DNA from: Lytechinus pictus
Taxonomy: Eukaryota
Reading direction: 5' to 3'
Assembly: GCF_037042905.1 (NCBI RefSeq)
Contig: NC_087263.1
Coordinates: forward strand, 9,922,001-9,986,000
DNA length: 64,000 nucleotides
The translations under genes were made by a program, and so were the position numbers. A model generated the notes under the pieces. The model was not told the origin of the DNA and did no database searches. It worked only from the letters and a program-made list of their open reading frames with translations. Shown in pieces: positions 29,202 through 41,701 of this stretch (position 1 is the first letter of the stretch; the number at the start of each line of letters is the position of its first letter).

Positions 29202-31069
29202 TACTATATCATAAATATAAACTCTTGTCATAAGAAAGGCTGACAGTCGTTGCTCCGTTTATTTTACACACTCTACGAGAGTGGTGTTAAGTACATTTAT
29301 AACATACATATCATATATGATTATTACAATTTTTCTCAGCTTTCGCAAATGTTCACACCAAGATTCCACAAAAACAATAAACAAATGAATTGTCTTTGAA
29401 ACAAAGAATGAAAGCTTCGCATTATATACAAATCTGCGTCTGAAAAAAAAAAATCAATTAATGGAAACATGGATGGAAATGACTAAATACAGACTGGAAC
29501 TTGATATTTTTTTAAAGATAATTACTTATCGAAAGATAATTTTGAAGAAAGGTTTCAAGCAAACCTTTTAATTAATAAAAAAACAACTGAATAAATATTT
29601 TTCTCAATACAATAAACAAAACAAGAAAGTAAGCGATTCTCAATTGATTCGTATACTTCATGCACGTCACATCAAGAGTGTATTTACAAATTAGTTTTTC
29701 GTATATGTCTAAATGCAATAAAAAGAAAAGAAAATCGAGTTTTTACATTTACTCGTTTCATCACGAATATAAAAATACAAGTTATTAGACTCATTTTTAA
29801 CTGATTTGATACCAATTTAAAAATTAACGAACCCAAACTATATCTTTTCTGATTCGAATATTTCGAGATCCCTTTATCGTAACTAATTTGAGAATATATA
29901 TGCTCTTTACTACTCTACAAATACCTTATCCGCTACATCAAAATTAAGTACAATGTGACAATCAATTACTTGAATACAAGAGCAATCGAAAATGAAGTGC
30001 TCATATTCAATCAATATATTTGTTTAACGACAAAATATTACCATGGAAACATGATTGTTTATTATACATCTATACACATTAGAAACACAGAAAATACTAT
30101 TTCATATATATATATGTCTATGGACACATTAAGCAGAGCTTTCACAACATATCTTGTTTTTAAAGGTCACTGCAAAATTTCCTTTTTTGTGTGAAAAACC
30201 CCTCTGGTGTGTAGTGTTTTCAAACAAACTAGCGATCTGCATATAAATTCATACTACTAAATCATCAAAATTATGTGCACATTTTACTCTTATATTACAC
30301 ACGTATGGGCCTATGCAGGCTTATCAAAGTTTAACGCGATGTGAAAGATGGGAAGTATATCAACTGTGCACGATCCGTGTTTATATAAAAAAGGCTATCA
30401 AGACGCATACGGTAAATAATATGTTGGCGTGAATTTCTTAGTATGCATGCATTGTGTACAGGTTATATTATTCTCAAAACAACAACAACAAAAAGAAGAC
30501 TTCATGTACGAATGGATGTACAGCATTTAGCATCACGTGAATAAAGCATTAACATTTTATTTCGCAAGCTATTAGCGAATTTTTTTTCTATTATTTGCTA
30601 TATCTAAAGTGAAAATACATGATCATATACATCTATGATCTAGTTTTCATCCTCCTCCACAAAATATTCGTCGCATTTAAACAAAACAATATGTACTGAT
30701 AATAGTTCATGAAGTATGATATTATATAAATGTATGTCATATGCGATATTACTTCGATCATACGCTGAAAGATATCTGTCTTCCACACGCAATGTGAATT
30801 ATCAGCAAATACAAATGTTTTCACTTATTAGTCACATTTCTTTGAAATACATATACATTCCAGCGAATGTGACGCAAATGAGCTGCGAATATGCCAATTC
30901 CTTAATACACCATGACAAACATTTGCCTCTTTAAAGGGGTACTCCGGACTGAAAAGAATTATATCGAAATAAATTGAGTTAAATTCACTAAGCAAATGGC
31001 TGATAGTATGCATGATTCATAAAAAATGTACTAAAAAGAAGAACTTAAAAACACATTTGATATTACAAT

Positions 31070-34000
31070 TTTCATTTCATTTCATGGTTTATTTATTTCC
31101 AGTAAAAGCAGTCATACACATACTGCAGCTAAAAAGCTGACATGTATGTATTTACAAAGGTATAACAATTGCACATGTAGCATAAAACAATTATGTAATA
31201 ATGATAAAACTAATGGTACATTAAAAAAATTCCAGTATACAATGAAATTACAATGAAAATACACACTTTACGAGTTATAAAGAAGATCAAGAAAATACGG
31301 TATTGCACTATGTTTAAAACGGGAGGTCCTGCATTTGCATTGCATATACTTTTGTTCATTGTGTAAAGTCATGCCAACAACGTTCCTTTCCGGTAACCAG
31401 TTTTTACAATGTGGATTTTTGCTTACAGATACTGCAAAATCAGAGCATAATTGTTCACGTCTATCTTTTAGTGTCACCAGTTTGCATCGTTTTAAAGCAT
31501 CTTCATAAGTTGAATAACTTTTGCCTAAGATAATTTTACAAACTCTTTTCTGGATTCTTTCTAGTTTCTGTACATGATCTAAAGTTAAACTTCGATTAAA
31601 CACAGGCACACAATATTCTAAGACAGGGCGGATGTATCCGATATATATTTGTATTAAGTCAGAAATTGATAATTTATATTTTTTCACTAATCTAAACATA
31701 TATAGCTTTTTATTGCACTTTTTTAACATTTCATTTATATGGAAGTCCCATTTTAAATTATGTTGGATATAGACTCCTAAAATCTTTAAGGTATCAACAT
31801 AAGGCAGTTCTGATTCGCCGATATGCAAAGACTCACATAAGGGTGCATTTTTCATAAATGTTATGTTCTTTGCCATACACTTACTAGGATTTAGTGTCAT
31901 ATGATTACTGTTTGTCCATTCTAATAAATCATCTAATACATTTTGTAATATTGATAGTTTTTGTAAGTTTCTGTTTTCAAGTAACGTGAGATCATCAACG
32001 TATTTGAAATAAGGCAACAATTGTTCTTGACAAGCATCATTAAACATAAAAAAAAATAAAATGGGTCCTAATTTTGTGCCTTGGGGCACTCCGGCGTGGG
32101 TGGTTACATATTCTGAAAAGTTATTCTGATATTTTACGCACTGAGATCTTTGTTCTAAAAAACTAATGATCCAATCAATGATAAACGGTCTAACTCTAAA
32201 ATCAATTAATTTTCTAACCAAAATATTATGGTCCAACTTGTCAAACGCTTTGGAAAAATCAGTACAAATAATAGTTGATATAGATTTGGGTTTCTCACAA
32301 TTTTCTAAAATACTTTGTAATAATTTGATGAGATAATGCGATGTTGATAATCCAGGAATGTTGCCATATTGGTTTAAATCAATACATTGAGAAACATCTT
32401 CCAAAAGCCATTTAACAATAAAGGATTCTGCTATTTTAGAGAGACGGCTTGTTAGAGCAATTGGGCGTAGTTGAGTAAGAGTAGGGGGTTGTGACTTTGG
32501 GAGAGGAACAAGTCGACTGTTTTTCCACTGCCATGGTACAATACCTAAATTAAAAGATGCATTTAAGATATATGTTACAGGTTTACTAAATTCATAAGAA
32601 AATTCACGTAAAATGCGAGGTGGAAGGTCTTCCTTCAAACCTGCTTTATTGCTCTTTATCTTTCGAAGGGCATTGTATACTTCATATTGTTGAACTCCTG
32701 GGCATTTTGAATTTGAAGGCAAGTATGCAGGCAATCTGTTCTTGTCAAGAGGTTCTAGATCCTTAGTTACTGATATAAATGGTTCATTGATAGCATCAGC
32801 TATTTTTATATAACATTTAGGGTCATTATCTGAAATACCTTCTACACTTATAACAGGGGTGTTTACATGGCCTTTAGTTATTATCTTAATTTGTTTATAC
32901 CAAGCACCTGGGTTTGTAGTTTTGAGATGTGATATACGAGTATTATAATAATATTTTTTTCTATGACTTATCATTCTATTTATTTTATTTCGTAAACGTC
33001 AAAAAAGCGTTTTATTTTTTGTTTGAAAGGCCCTTTCCCTTTGAATAAACATATCTTTTATTTGTGGAGTCATCCATTCCTTATCATTGTCATTTAGTTC
33101 TACTTCTTTGGTAGGTAGAAATTCATTCAATTTAGATAATACAGAATTAGACAACAAAGAACACTTATCAGAAGGGTCCGATGGTTGTAACACATCACTC
33201 CAAGAATTTTGTGTGACCCACTGACCAAATAATCGTAATCTACTATCAGGAATAGGACGTACAATTCTTTTTTTAACTTTCTTTGCTGAACGTGTTATAG
33301 ATGGCAAAGGTGATAATAAAATACAATTATGATCACTTCTACCAAGGGGTGAAAGTGTAGTCACTGGTAAGATTTTTTTTTCACAATTTGTAATAATTAT
33401 ATCTAGTATATTATCCTCTCTAGTTGGCACATTTACAATTTGATTAAAATTTTCAAGATTAATAATACTCTGAACATCTAGGTCATTCATATCACCTACT
33501 ATAAATATACCAGCATTTGGATGTTGTAAAAGTACAATATCAATAGTTGAAGTAATATGTCTGATATATTCATTTTGATATTGACAGCGAGGTGGAAAGT
33601 ACATTACACAAATAACAATACATGAGATTTCACGTGGCAGTGATCTTGGTCTCAAAGCGACCCAAATCGCTTCAACTTCATCAGGTATATTACAAGGAAA
33701 CGTACGTGGGTGAAAACGATCATTAGCGTACAAAGCTACTCCTCCTCCCCTTCTGCCGATTCTAGATTGTAAAACTAACTGATAACCGTCTATGGATAAG
33801 TGATCGGGAGGTATATTCTCATCTGTCCATGTTTCCGTTAATGCGATTAAATCTACTTTCTCATTCCTAGCAACAAACTTCACTTCATCAGTTTTGTTAT
33901 TTAGGGAGCGAACATTACTCAAAAGCATACAGGGTAAATCAAAAACATTTTCTTTTAACAATGTAACAGTGTTTAGATTATTTGCATGTATATGACATTT

Positions 34001-34960
34001 CTTTCTCTGTTCTTTCCGTTCTCTTATCAAGACAGGTATGCTATTTATGTCTAAATTAATTGTTTTCCGTCTTCCTTTGGATCATAGTTCAGATTTACTG
34101 GTTGACTTGAATGGTAAATAAGATCTGAATGGTAGTAACTTCTTCTCAGTGGGTAGGCAGTTGTATTTAACTCTCCAATACTATTGACGTTTAGTCTGCG
34201 AGGCTCTTGTCGTTCCAGATGTTCATTGTTGTTACATGCATATGGTCCTGGGTTAAGTTCTATATCTCCACAAATAGTAAGGGAAATCTGGAATGTTGCA
34301 GTTGAGTTTGAATAATATTGAATGTGGTTGCCCAAATATTTCAACTTAAGTTTTCTTTTTATCAATGAGGGTTGAGTAAAGTGTGAATACTTAGCAGATG
34401 TAGAGTTAGTAACACCACAATGAAATGTATTCCATTCACATCCAATCAGGGTTAATAAAAGAAGAACACCAATGATCAATTTCAATACCATGATGTAAGT
34501 ACAGCTGTTAATGTCATTTGCATCAAGTTACTGAAAAGAAAACTTTCCATAGATACCATCTGTAATCCATCACCATGGAAAAGTCTTGACACTGACTGCA
34601 TGTAGTTTTGGCAATATGGTGTGCATGTAGACCTGTATCAGGTTCTTCAGCATCCATAGTCAGCATAGTCATTCTCAAATTTCCCGCACAAACCACGAAA
34701 AAAAACTCCTCAAAGTTTGTCTACAAGAAGCTAGAAGTTCTAATAAAACAATGTTTGCAATATAAAAAGCAGAGTATATAATTATCCAGGTAAAATCCAG
34801 CAATTCGCAAAGAGCTGTGTGTTATGGGCAACCTCCAAGATACACACATTTCGTCCACACACCTACAAATGATCATTATTGAACCTTGAATAATCAACTT
34901 CACATTTATTTGTATACTACACACTGTCACAACGTCAAAATGCAGTAAATTGCTTCAGAT
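31070..34960 (-). mobile_element. Near full-length CR1/L2-group LINE: 2A peptide, APE endonuclease, RT
   Basis: 34051-34491 has GDIELNPGP. 32999-34030 is APE (SNVRSL, LTETW, GGGVALY, GDMN, SDH). 31268-32974 is RT (DFSKAFD, GVPQGT, YVDD). One in-frame TGA at 32999-33001, one frameshift near 34085, (GAAAT)n tail at ~31070-31086. The 5' boundary is approximate. Confidence 0.92.
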
Positions 34961-35189
34961 CGTGCTGTAACTATAGCAATCCGGTGCAGCGACCACAAAC
35001 AGAATTAAACAAGTGGAACGCCTCTGGCAGTCTCGCCTGCATTACGTAATTTGATATAGCAGCAATGCTAACTTTGAAAACTACTATAAAATAATCATTC
35101 ACAAAAACGCCATTCATATAATGACATAATACCACGTTCATTGACCATAAATGACATTTGAACGGATACTTAAGACTGTCAACTACACC

Positions 35190-35925
35190 CATTTCCACAT
35201 TTCATTCACTCTATCCATAAACTTTCAAAGTTATGATGGCAATTCAACAATTACCCCAACATGGCCTAAGTTTGTTGACCTTAACTGACCTTTGACTTGG
35301 TTTGTGACCTGAAACTCACAGGGGATGTTCAGTGATGCTTGATTACTCTTATATCCCAAGTTTTATGAACTAGATCCATAAACTTTCAGAGTTAGGATGG
35401 TAATTCAATACCCCCAGCACGGCCAAAGTTCATTGACCTTTAATGACCTTTGATCATGGTCATGTGACCTGAAACTCGTACAGGATGTTCACTAATACTT
35501 TGACCCTAAATGACCTTTGACCTTGGTCACGTGACCTGAAACTCGAGCAGGATGCTCACTAATACTTGATTAACCTTATGCCTAAGTTTCATGAACTAGG
35601 TCCATATACTTTCTAAGTTATGATGTCATTTCAAAAACTTAACCTTCGGTTAAGATTTTGAAAATAATTTTCCCAACATGGTCTAAGTTCATTGACCCTA
35701 AATGACCTTTGACCTTAGTCATGTGACATGAAACTCAGGCAGGATGTTTAGTAATACTTGATTAACCTTATGTCCAAGTTTCATGAACTAGGTCTATATA
35801 CTTTCTAAGTTATGATGTCATTTCAAAAACTTAACCTTAGGTTAAGATTTGATGTTGACGCCGCCGCCGTCGCCGTCGGAAAAGCGGCGCCTATAGTTTC
35901 GCTCTGCTATGCAGGCGAGACAATA
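35190..35925. mobile_element. Non-autonomous element with internal tandem TGACCTTTGACCT units (Helentron/HINE-like)
   Basis: Four to five related units gacctttgacct...gtgacctgaaactc, a (GCC) microsatellite and a terminal hairpin tcgctctgc/gcaggcga. Confidence 0.55.
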
Positions 35926-37159
35926 AAAACATAAAGTCGTAAAGTATTTCGTGTGTACAAAGCGATATGTGTCAGCTTTTGTGGTAGAAAATAACTGCTT
36001 AGTAATCATGTATTAGTAAATAAAATATAGCATTCTGTCAGTATTAACAGTTGTAATGCGTACGTGTACTCTTATCGACATTTGCCTATACATGCTGGTA
36101 GGCAATTTCCAGTGTAAAAAGACAATATGATTTCACGACTTCAAAACAAATAGTTGTCTAAAACTAAGTTACACCTTCTAAATTATAAAAAAGGGAGATA
36201 TACAATCAATGATACAATTAAGTTATTGTAAGTCTATGACTGAGCATGTATATACAGAAAACTCTTTACCTTTGATTGATAGTAAAAATTAAACGCATGA
36301 TACTTTTGACAAATCTATTTCTCGGCATATCTATTCACCATAATGTGTTGATTAAATTTTCTTTGAACTTGTATATCACTGACATTTGGCTTCCTTGATT
36401 TCCGCTTTAAATTTGACTTACAAGACATATTCGTCAGGTTTGTGACATATAATGCAAACTTAAAGCATATTCATGATATAAGCTGATGTGTGGGCACTCA
36501 TGATATCCATTAAATATAGGCCTAATACAATATCGCATAATATGGAAGCACATATCAAAACTCAATCGAAAAGTTTTTGATATGAAAATTTAAATCGCGT
36601 TCATCCAGTGATGTACTCCAAAGATAATTATCAAAACATGCACTTTATAATCCTGGACAATCCAAAATGACTTGAACGGTTAATTGTAAAACAGGTTCAG
36701 GCAGAATATACACAATCCGATTTTCTAAAACAAACAATATAAAAGAAACTGTTGACGAATTAACAAGATTTACATCAAACCAGAATAGCATGTCTGCAAT
36801 GTAATAAGCTTTTAACTTTTTAATTTTCTTGGGAACCCTATTTAATTGGGGTAAAGTGATCACGTATGAATCTATATCAACGTTAGAATTAAGTGAGAAC
36901 CATACAAATCACCATGACAACTGTTCAAGATCTTAAATTTATATTTCAAACTACATATGAAACTACCAAATAGGGGCCCCATCGTGACAAATTACCGGTG
37001 AACCGAATTGTTGAATGATTGTTTGGTCAGGATCGTTTCAATAGTTCAGTTTTTTCTCCTTTTATGAGAACGTTAACCAATGCTATTTAATTATTAGATT
37101 ATTCCTGACTGTACTGATAGTGGATCAAGTCCTGCAGTGACATAAGAGTTCATTACTGA

Positions 37160-38098
37160 CTAACACATGATCACAAAGGCAAGAAGATACTTGAACAGGT
37201 ATAGAAAGTGCCTTTGTGAGGGAATAATTAATGATCTACGAGCTCCAGACCCTACATGGGATTCTGCATAGGTTACACCTGTCGCATCAGCAGGCATATT
37301 GGGTTGTTCACTGGCAGACCTGCTCCTACTGGTTGTCTTCTCTGTGCTAGGAATACCAGAATAACCAGGGGGCCACTCAAAGTCGTTGCACGTTGCAGCA
37401 CCTACGGTAGATGTTATGTCATGTGAACAGCAGGAGAAATGGGTCGTATCGGGTAGGAGGAAGATAGCTCGGGTGGTGTGCCCATTATGTGTAATGTTAT
37501 GCACTTTGACGAGATCCCGGTCGTTCTGGAAGCACGTCAGTATAGTTGGTATACTTCCGGTCTTGGCCCAACAATGTACTTCATACGGATACTCACTATC
37601 ACTCAAAGTGATGAAGCAATCTGCCGGACCGGGGGGACGTTGTACAACAACCTCCTTCTTCTGAGTATCATACAGAACGTTTTCCAAACTATGCCACACT
37701 CCGATGAGTATGTACCGATCTTCATCTACGGTGTCAACGTTATCTATTGTCATATTCACACAGGCAGATGTATCTTTGTCTGCGACAGTGGTAGTGAATC
37801 TAGAGACTTGAGCTGGATCTTTGAAGCCATCAATATCATATTGTCCATCGATGCAGAAAGGACGACGTTTTGATTCGAACTGAATTGTGTAATAAAGAGA
37901 AAACTGGAGTGTACTGGTTGGACGCTCGAGATAGAATGTGACTACGCCACGTGTACCTGCTTCCAACGTAACCGGTTCGGAGAGCCTTAAGTTGCCTGCT
38001 ACAAGAATCGGACAAGCAAAGAAGAAGGCTAAGGCGAGAATCACCCGATTGAGGAGGGTCAAGATAGAAAAACAATTCGTATTGTTTCGATGTTCACT
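37160..38098 (-). CDS. Terminal exon of copy 2: hydrophobic helix, Ig V-like domain, 6-Cys domain, S/T/P stalk, GPI-like signal
   Basis: Open 313 codons after acceptor ttcttgcag|38098. Aligns end to end with 1264-2148 (LVAGNLRL, FESKRRPFCIDGQYD, HFSCCSH, VGSGA), with a longer stalk. Confidence 0.85.
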   Translation of the reverse strand, partial: SEHRNNTNCFSILTLLNRVILALAFFFACPILVAGNLRLSEPVTLEAGTRGVVTFYLERPTSTLQFSLYYTIQFESKRRPFCIDGQYDIDGFKDPAQVSRFTTTVADKDTSACVNMTIDNVDTVDEDRYILIGVWHSLENVLYDTQKKEVVVQRPPGPADCFITLSDSEYPYEVHCWAKTGSIPTILTCFQNDRDLVKVHNITHNGHTTRAIFLLPDTTHFSCCSHDITSTVGAATCNDFEWPPGYSGIPSTEKTTSRSRSASEQPNMPADATGVTYAESHVGSGARRSLIIPSQRHFLYLFKYLLAFVIMC

Positions 38099-38578
38099 CT
38101 GCAAGAAGAGTATAAGATAGAAAAAGGAATTAGTCATGTGAATTCGGAGCAATATTTAAAATACACTTTTTTCACACGTCGTCTTCTTTTCTATATGATC
38201 TGGTAAATCAAACGGTATATAAATTAGTTCAGCCTGCAAAGCTCTGAAAGATCTGAACAAAGTGAAAGAAAATGATATTGAATTTCACTGCTCCATGTTA
38301 ACAGGAACATCAAATAATTCAAATTCTCCGGTCGAAATATTTCAATCAAGACGAAACTTAACAATAAACCATGGAGTTATCAACACTCCATGAATAAACC
38401 AACACAGCTAGGGCAGAAAATTGCCTAAAACTTGCAATTACATGCAATTTGAGTTTCAAATATACAGGGGCACACTTTTAAAAATGGTAAGGACATGCCC
38501 TTGATTTCGAATTGCACTGGATCAATTTGTGGCTGTCTTTGTGGCTGTCCTATTCCCGACACTCCTGTAAACGATTAG

Positions 38579-38940
38579 CTTTATTCCTGATTTTGGATTT
38601 ACCGCGTCGTTTTCATTGGTCATGCTGGAGACAGGAAAATCGTCCGCAGCTGGCATCTCACTCTCATGAAGTTGCGTTTTTGGTTTGGAGACACGAGGCA
38701 CACTGAAACATTATATGAAATAGAATAGGTTATACACAAATCGGGATGATTTTCTTTTTCTGAGGTGCATATCTTTAAAAAAAGTGTAGACTAAGACATT
38801 CGTGAGACATGTAAGATAAGCTAAGATATTCATGTATTATACATAAAAAAGAGTCAAACCAAAGACTCTTACCGTATGCAGCGAATAGGTGCCTTGATAA
38901 TGTCGGGAATTGGTAACCTCGTTACAGTTTGCCAGGGATT
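38579..38940 (-). pseudogene. Linker exons A' (38940-38873) and B' (38702-38579) of copy 2, with damaged splice sites
   Basis: A' is 68 nt like exon 447-514 and open (NPWQTVTRLPIPDIIKAPIRCIR), but its acceptor reads cacAT instead of AG. B' is open with a 3-nt in-frame insertion, but its donor reads AAG|CTaatc instead of AAG|GTaacc. Confidence 0.75.
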
Positions 38941-39291
38941 ATGTGGGTGAAACATACAAAAAGACCATGTTAAAGTGAGGTATGTCGTAGTTGCCTTTTA
39001 AAACTACTAAGGGATTATGAAGTTATCTAATATAGTTGCAATTAGATTACATGTAAAGATGAATTTTAAACTCAGAATTCAGACCATTGTCCCCCTCAGC
39101 AGTTATTGTTTTAAAAACGCTGTATTAACATTAATGACTTGTATTTAGTATTATCAGTAAAAAAGAATGAATGTAATACAAGATTAAAAGGATTTCACGT
39201 TCACTGAAATCCAATGATCTCAAATTCTTTCAATTCCATTATTTTTCTGTGTTCTAGTACGCTGAAAATAGAGAACGTGTAGAATACTTAC

Positions 39292-41701
39292 CTGCGTCAA
39301 AATCGAAGCATTTGGGAGAGTTACGCGAATTTGGTTGCAGAACTCGAAGTTAATGCCAGAGATCCAAGAGTCTCTGAACATCGCTTGGCAGTTTCCGTCA
39401 GATCGAAAGTTCTTCTCTGTATCATTATACCCTTCCTTGTGCATTTCTGCTCTCAACCAAATGATAAATTGTTTGACATCTTCATGACCTCCATCTTCTG
39501 CCGCTTGAAGTGGTGTCATTCCATCTGTATCTTTGGCATATATGTTTGCTCCATTTTCTACGAGGTAGGTAACTACCAGCAAGTGTCCTTCTTGTGCCGC
39601 TGCATGAAGTGGTGTCCATTTGTTTTTGTCAGCCTGATTAATACAGGCACCCTGGGTGACCATCATTTCCGTAGAATCCATGTCACCATCATCACAGGCA
39701 GCCAAAAGAGATTTGCCGCTTTCTGTTCCGTCATTTACATCACATTCTGTGGTGGCAAAGTACTCGAGTAAGTCGGTGTGACCAAGCTGGGCAGCAATGT
39801 AGAGAACAGTCATTCCTTGGAACCTCGTTTTCGTAGCTCCATTTGAAATCATATATCGTACAACATCCAACCTGCCACCGTCGACTGCCGCGTGTAATGA
39901 AGTCCAACCGTTGTCGGCCATTTTGTCCACGTTTGATCTACGATTGATGAGCTTTTTGACGATCTCAATTGAACCATTGGCTGCAGCAGCATGAAGAGGA
40001 ATACTCCCTGTGCCATTTTTCTCATTCACATCAGCGCCATTAGAAAGGAGAAGATCGACTATACCTAAGTTACCATTTTGAGCTGCAATGTAGAGGGAAG
40101 TAATTCCTCTATATTTGATGTCTATCGCTTCTTTCCACATGAGATATTTCATGACTTCCAGGTGGCCATTTTGGACCGCTGCGTGAAGTGGCGTCCATCC
40201 GTCAATGTCATTCTTGTTCAATTTCGATCCGTTCTGAATGAGCGTTTCAACGACTTGAATTCTGCCGGCGGCAGCAGCAGCGTGAAGAGGAATCTTTCCT
40301 CTGTGACTCTCTGCATTTACTGATATCCCTCTTGAAATCATAACATTTACGGCATTTAAATGGCCAAGTCTAGATGCCATGTAGAGTGGAGTCTCTCATT
40401 TGTATTGGTTCGCTTTAGCTCCATTCTTAAGCAGATATTCTATGACCTCACAATTGTTATTCTGAATTGCATACTCCAACGGTGTCCAGCCTTTCTCATC
40501 GCAGCTATTTATATAAAATCCTCGTTGCACGAGATAGCACAAGTTGTCTAAGTCATCATGGGAAGCTGCCAGATGAAGTGAAATGCGATTCATGAAGAAT
40601 CTGACGATATCCAAATGACCAGATAGTACTGCTCCATAGAGTGAGGCCGTTTCATCAACTCTCCTATCCGCAAGATACTTGACGGTATCCAAGTGACCAC
40701 GTTTAGCTGCCAGAGCCATTGGTGTCAAACCTGCGTTATCGAATTCTTTCTTCGAGCAGTTTTGATCTATAAGATATTTGACGATTCTAAGTTGACCTTT
40801 TGCAGCTGCAATGTGAAGAGGGGCGTAACCACGATGATCCTGTTTGTCAATTTTCGATCCTTGTTCAATGAGATACTTCACGATGTCCAAGTGACCCCCA
40901 CCTGCTGCCACATGGAGAGGAGTTTGACCAATGTCATCTAGCTCACTGACATCAGCTCCCATCTTGATGAAGTATCGGAGCATGTCTAGGTGACCATGGA
41001 TAGCTGCCAAGTGCAGGACATCTTTTCCATCATACTTGGTGATCTTGGCTTGCTGCGTTATGAGATACTCAAGTACATCCAAATGACCATTTGAGACTGC
41101 CATGTGGACTGGTGTGAAATATTCGTGATCCTCGTTATTCATATCACATCCTTCTTGAATAAGACATTTCGTAATGTCAAGATATCCCTTCGAAGCTGCT
41201 ACGTGGAGAGGATTTTTTTTCCGATACTGTTTTCCTCGTTCACATCGCCGCCTCTGGAAATAAAAAGCTTGACCAAATCAGTATCCTCAGCCCTCTACTT
41301 GAGGAGATGATTGACAACATTGGAATGTCCATGTCTCACTACATGATGGAGAACTGTTAGACCCATGTCATCTTCTTCATGTATGTCCCATGTTTCATCT
41401 GCGAGGTTGTCAAAGATGTGAATGTTTCCAGATGCGGCTGCCATGTGTAAAGGTGTTCTTCCATAAATATCCCGTTTGGAAACATCTGTTCCTTTCACAG
41501 TAAGAAGTAATGAAGAGAGGCATTGATTATTGTGTATAGCAGCATGAAGAGCTGTCTGACCCACATCACATTGGGCATCCACGTCTGCTCCCTGCCTCAC
41601 GAGGAAATATACGATAGGTAGATGTACTTCTTCAGCAGCTACATGGAGAGCCCTGCGTCCATCTTCATTTGCTTTATTCGGGTCTGCTCCGCTCCGGATG
41701 A
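39292..41701 (-). pseudogene. Large ankyrin-repeat exon (about 20 or more repeats), disrupted
   Basis: Repeated G-x-TPLHxAA...GHLDIVKYL...GA motifs over ORFs 41295-41744, 40396-41142 and 39220-40380. In-frame stops at 41295-41297 and 40396-40398; frameshift in an A8 run at 41213-41220. Ends at a consensus phase-0 donor ACGCAG|gtaagt (39292/39291). Candidate acceptor tttttcaag at 41702. Confidence 0.85.

Noticed and set aside
38099..38152. ORF-track start of the 330-aa protein
   Set aside because: This segment is the polypyrimidine/acceptor end of the intron; the same region is closed in copy 1.
39331..39771. 146-aa plus-strand ORF
   Set aside because: Antisense shadow of the ankyrin exon.
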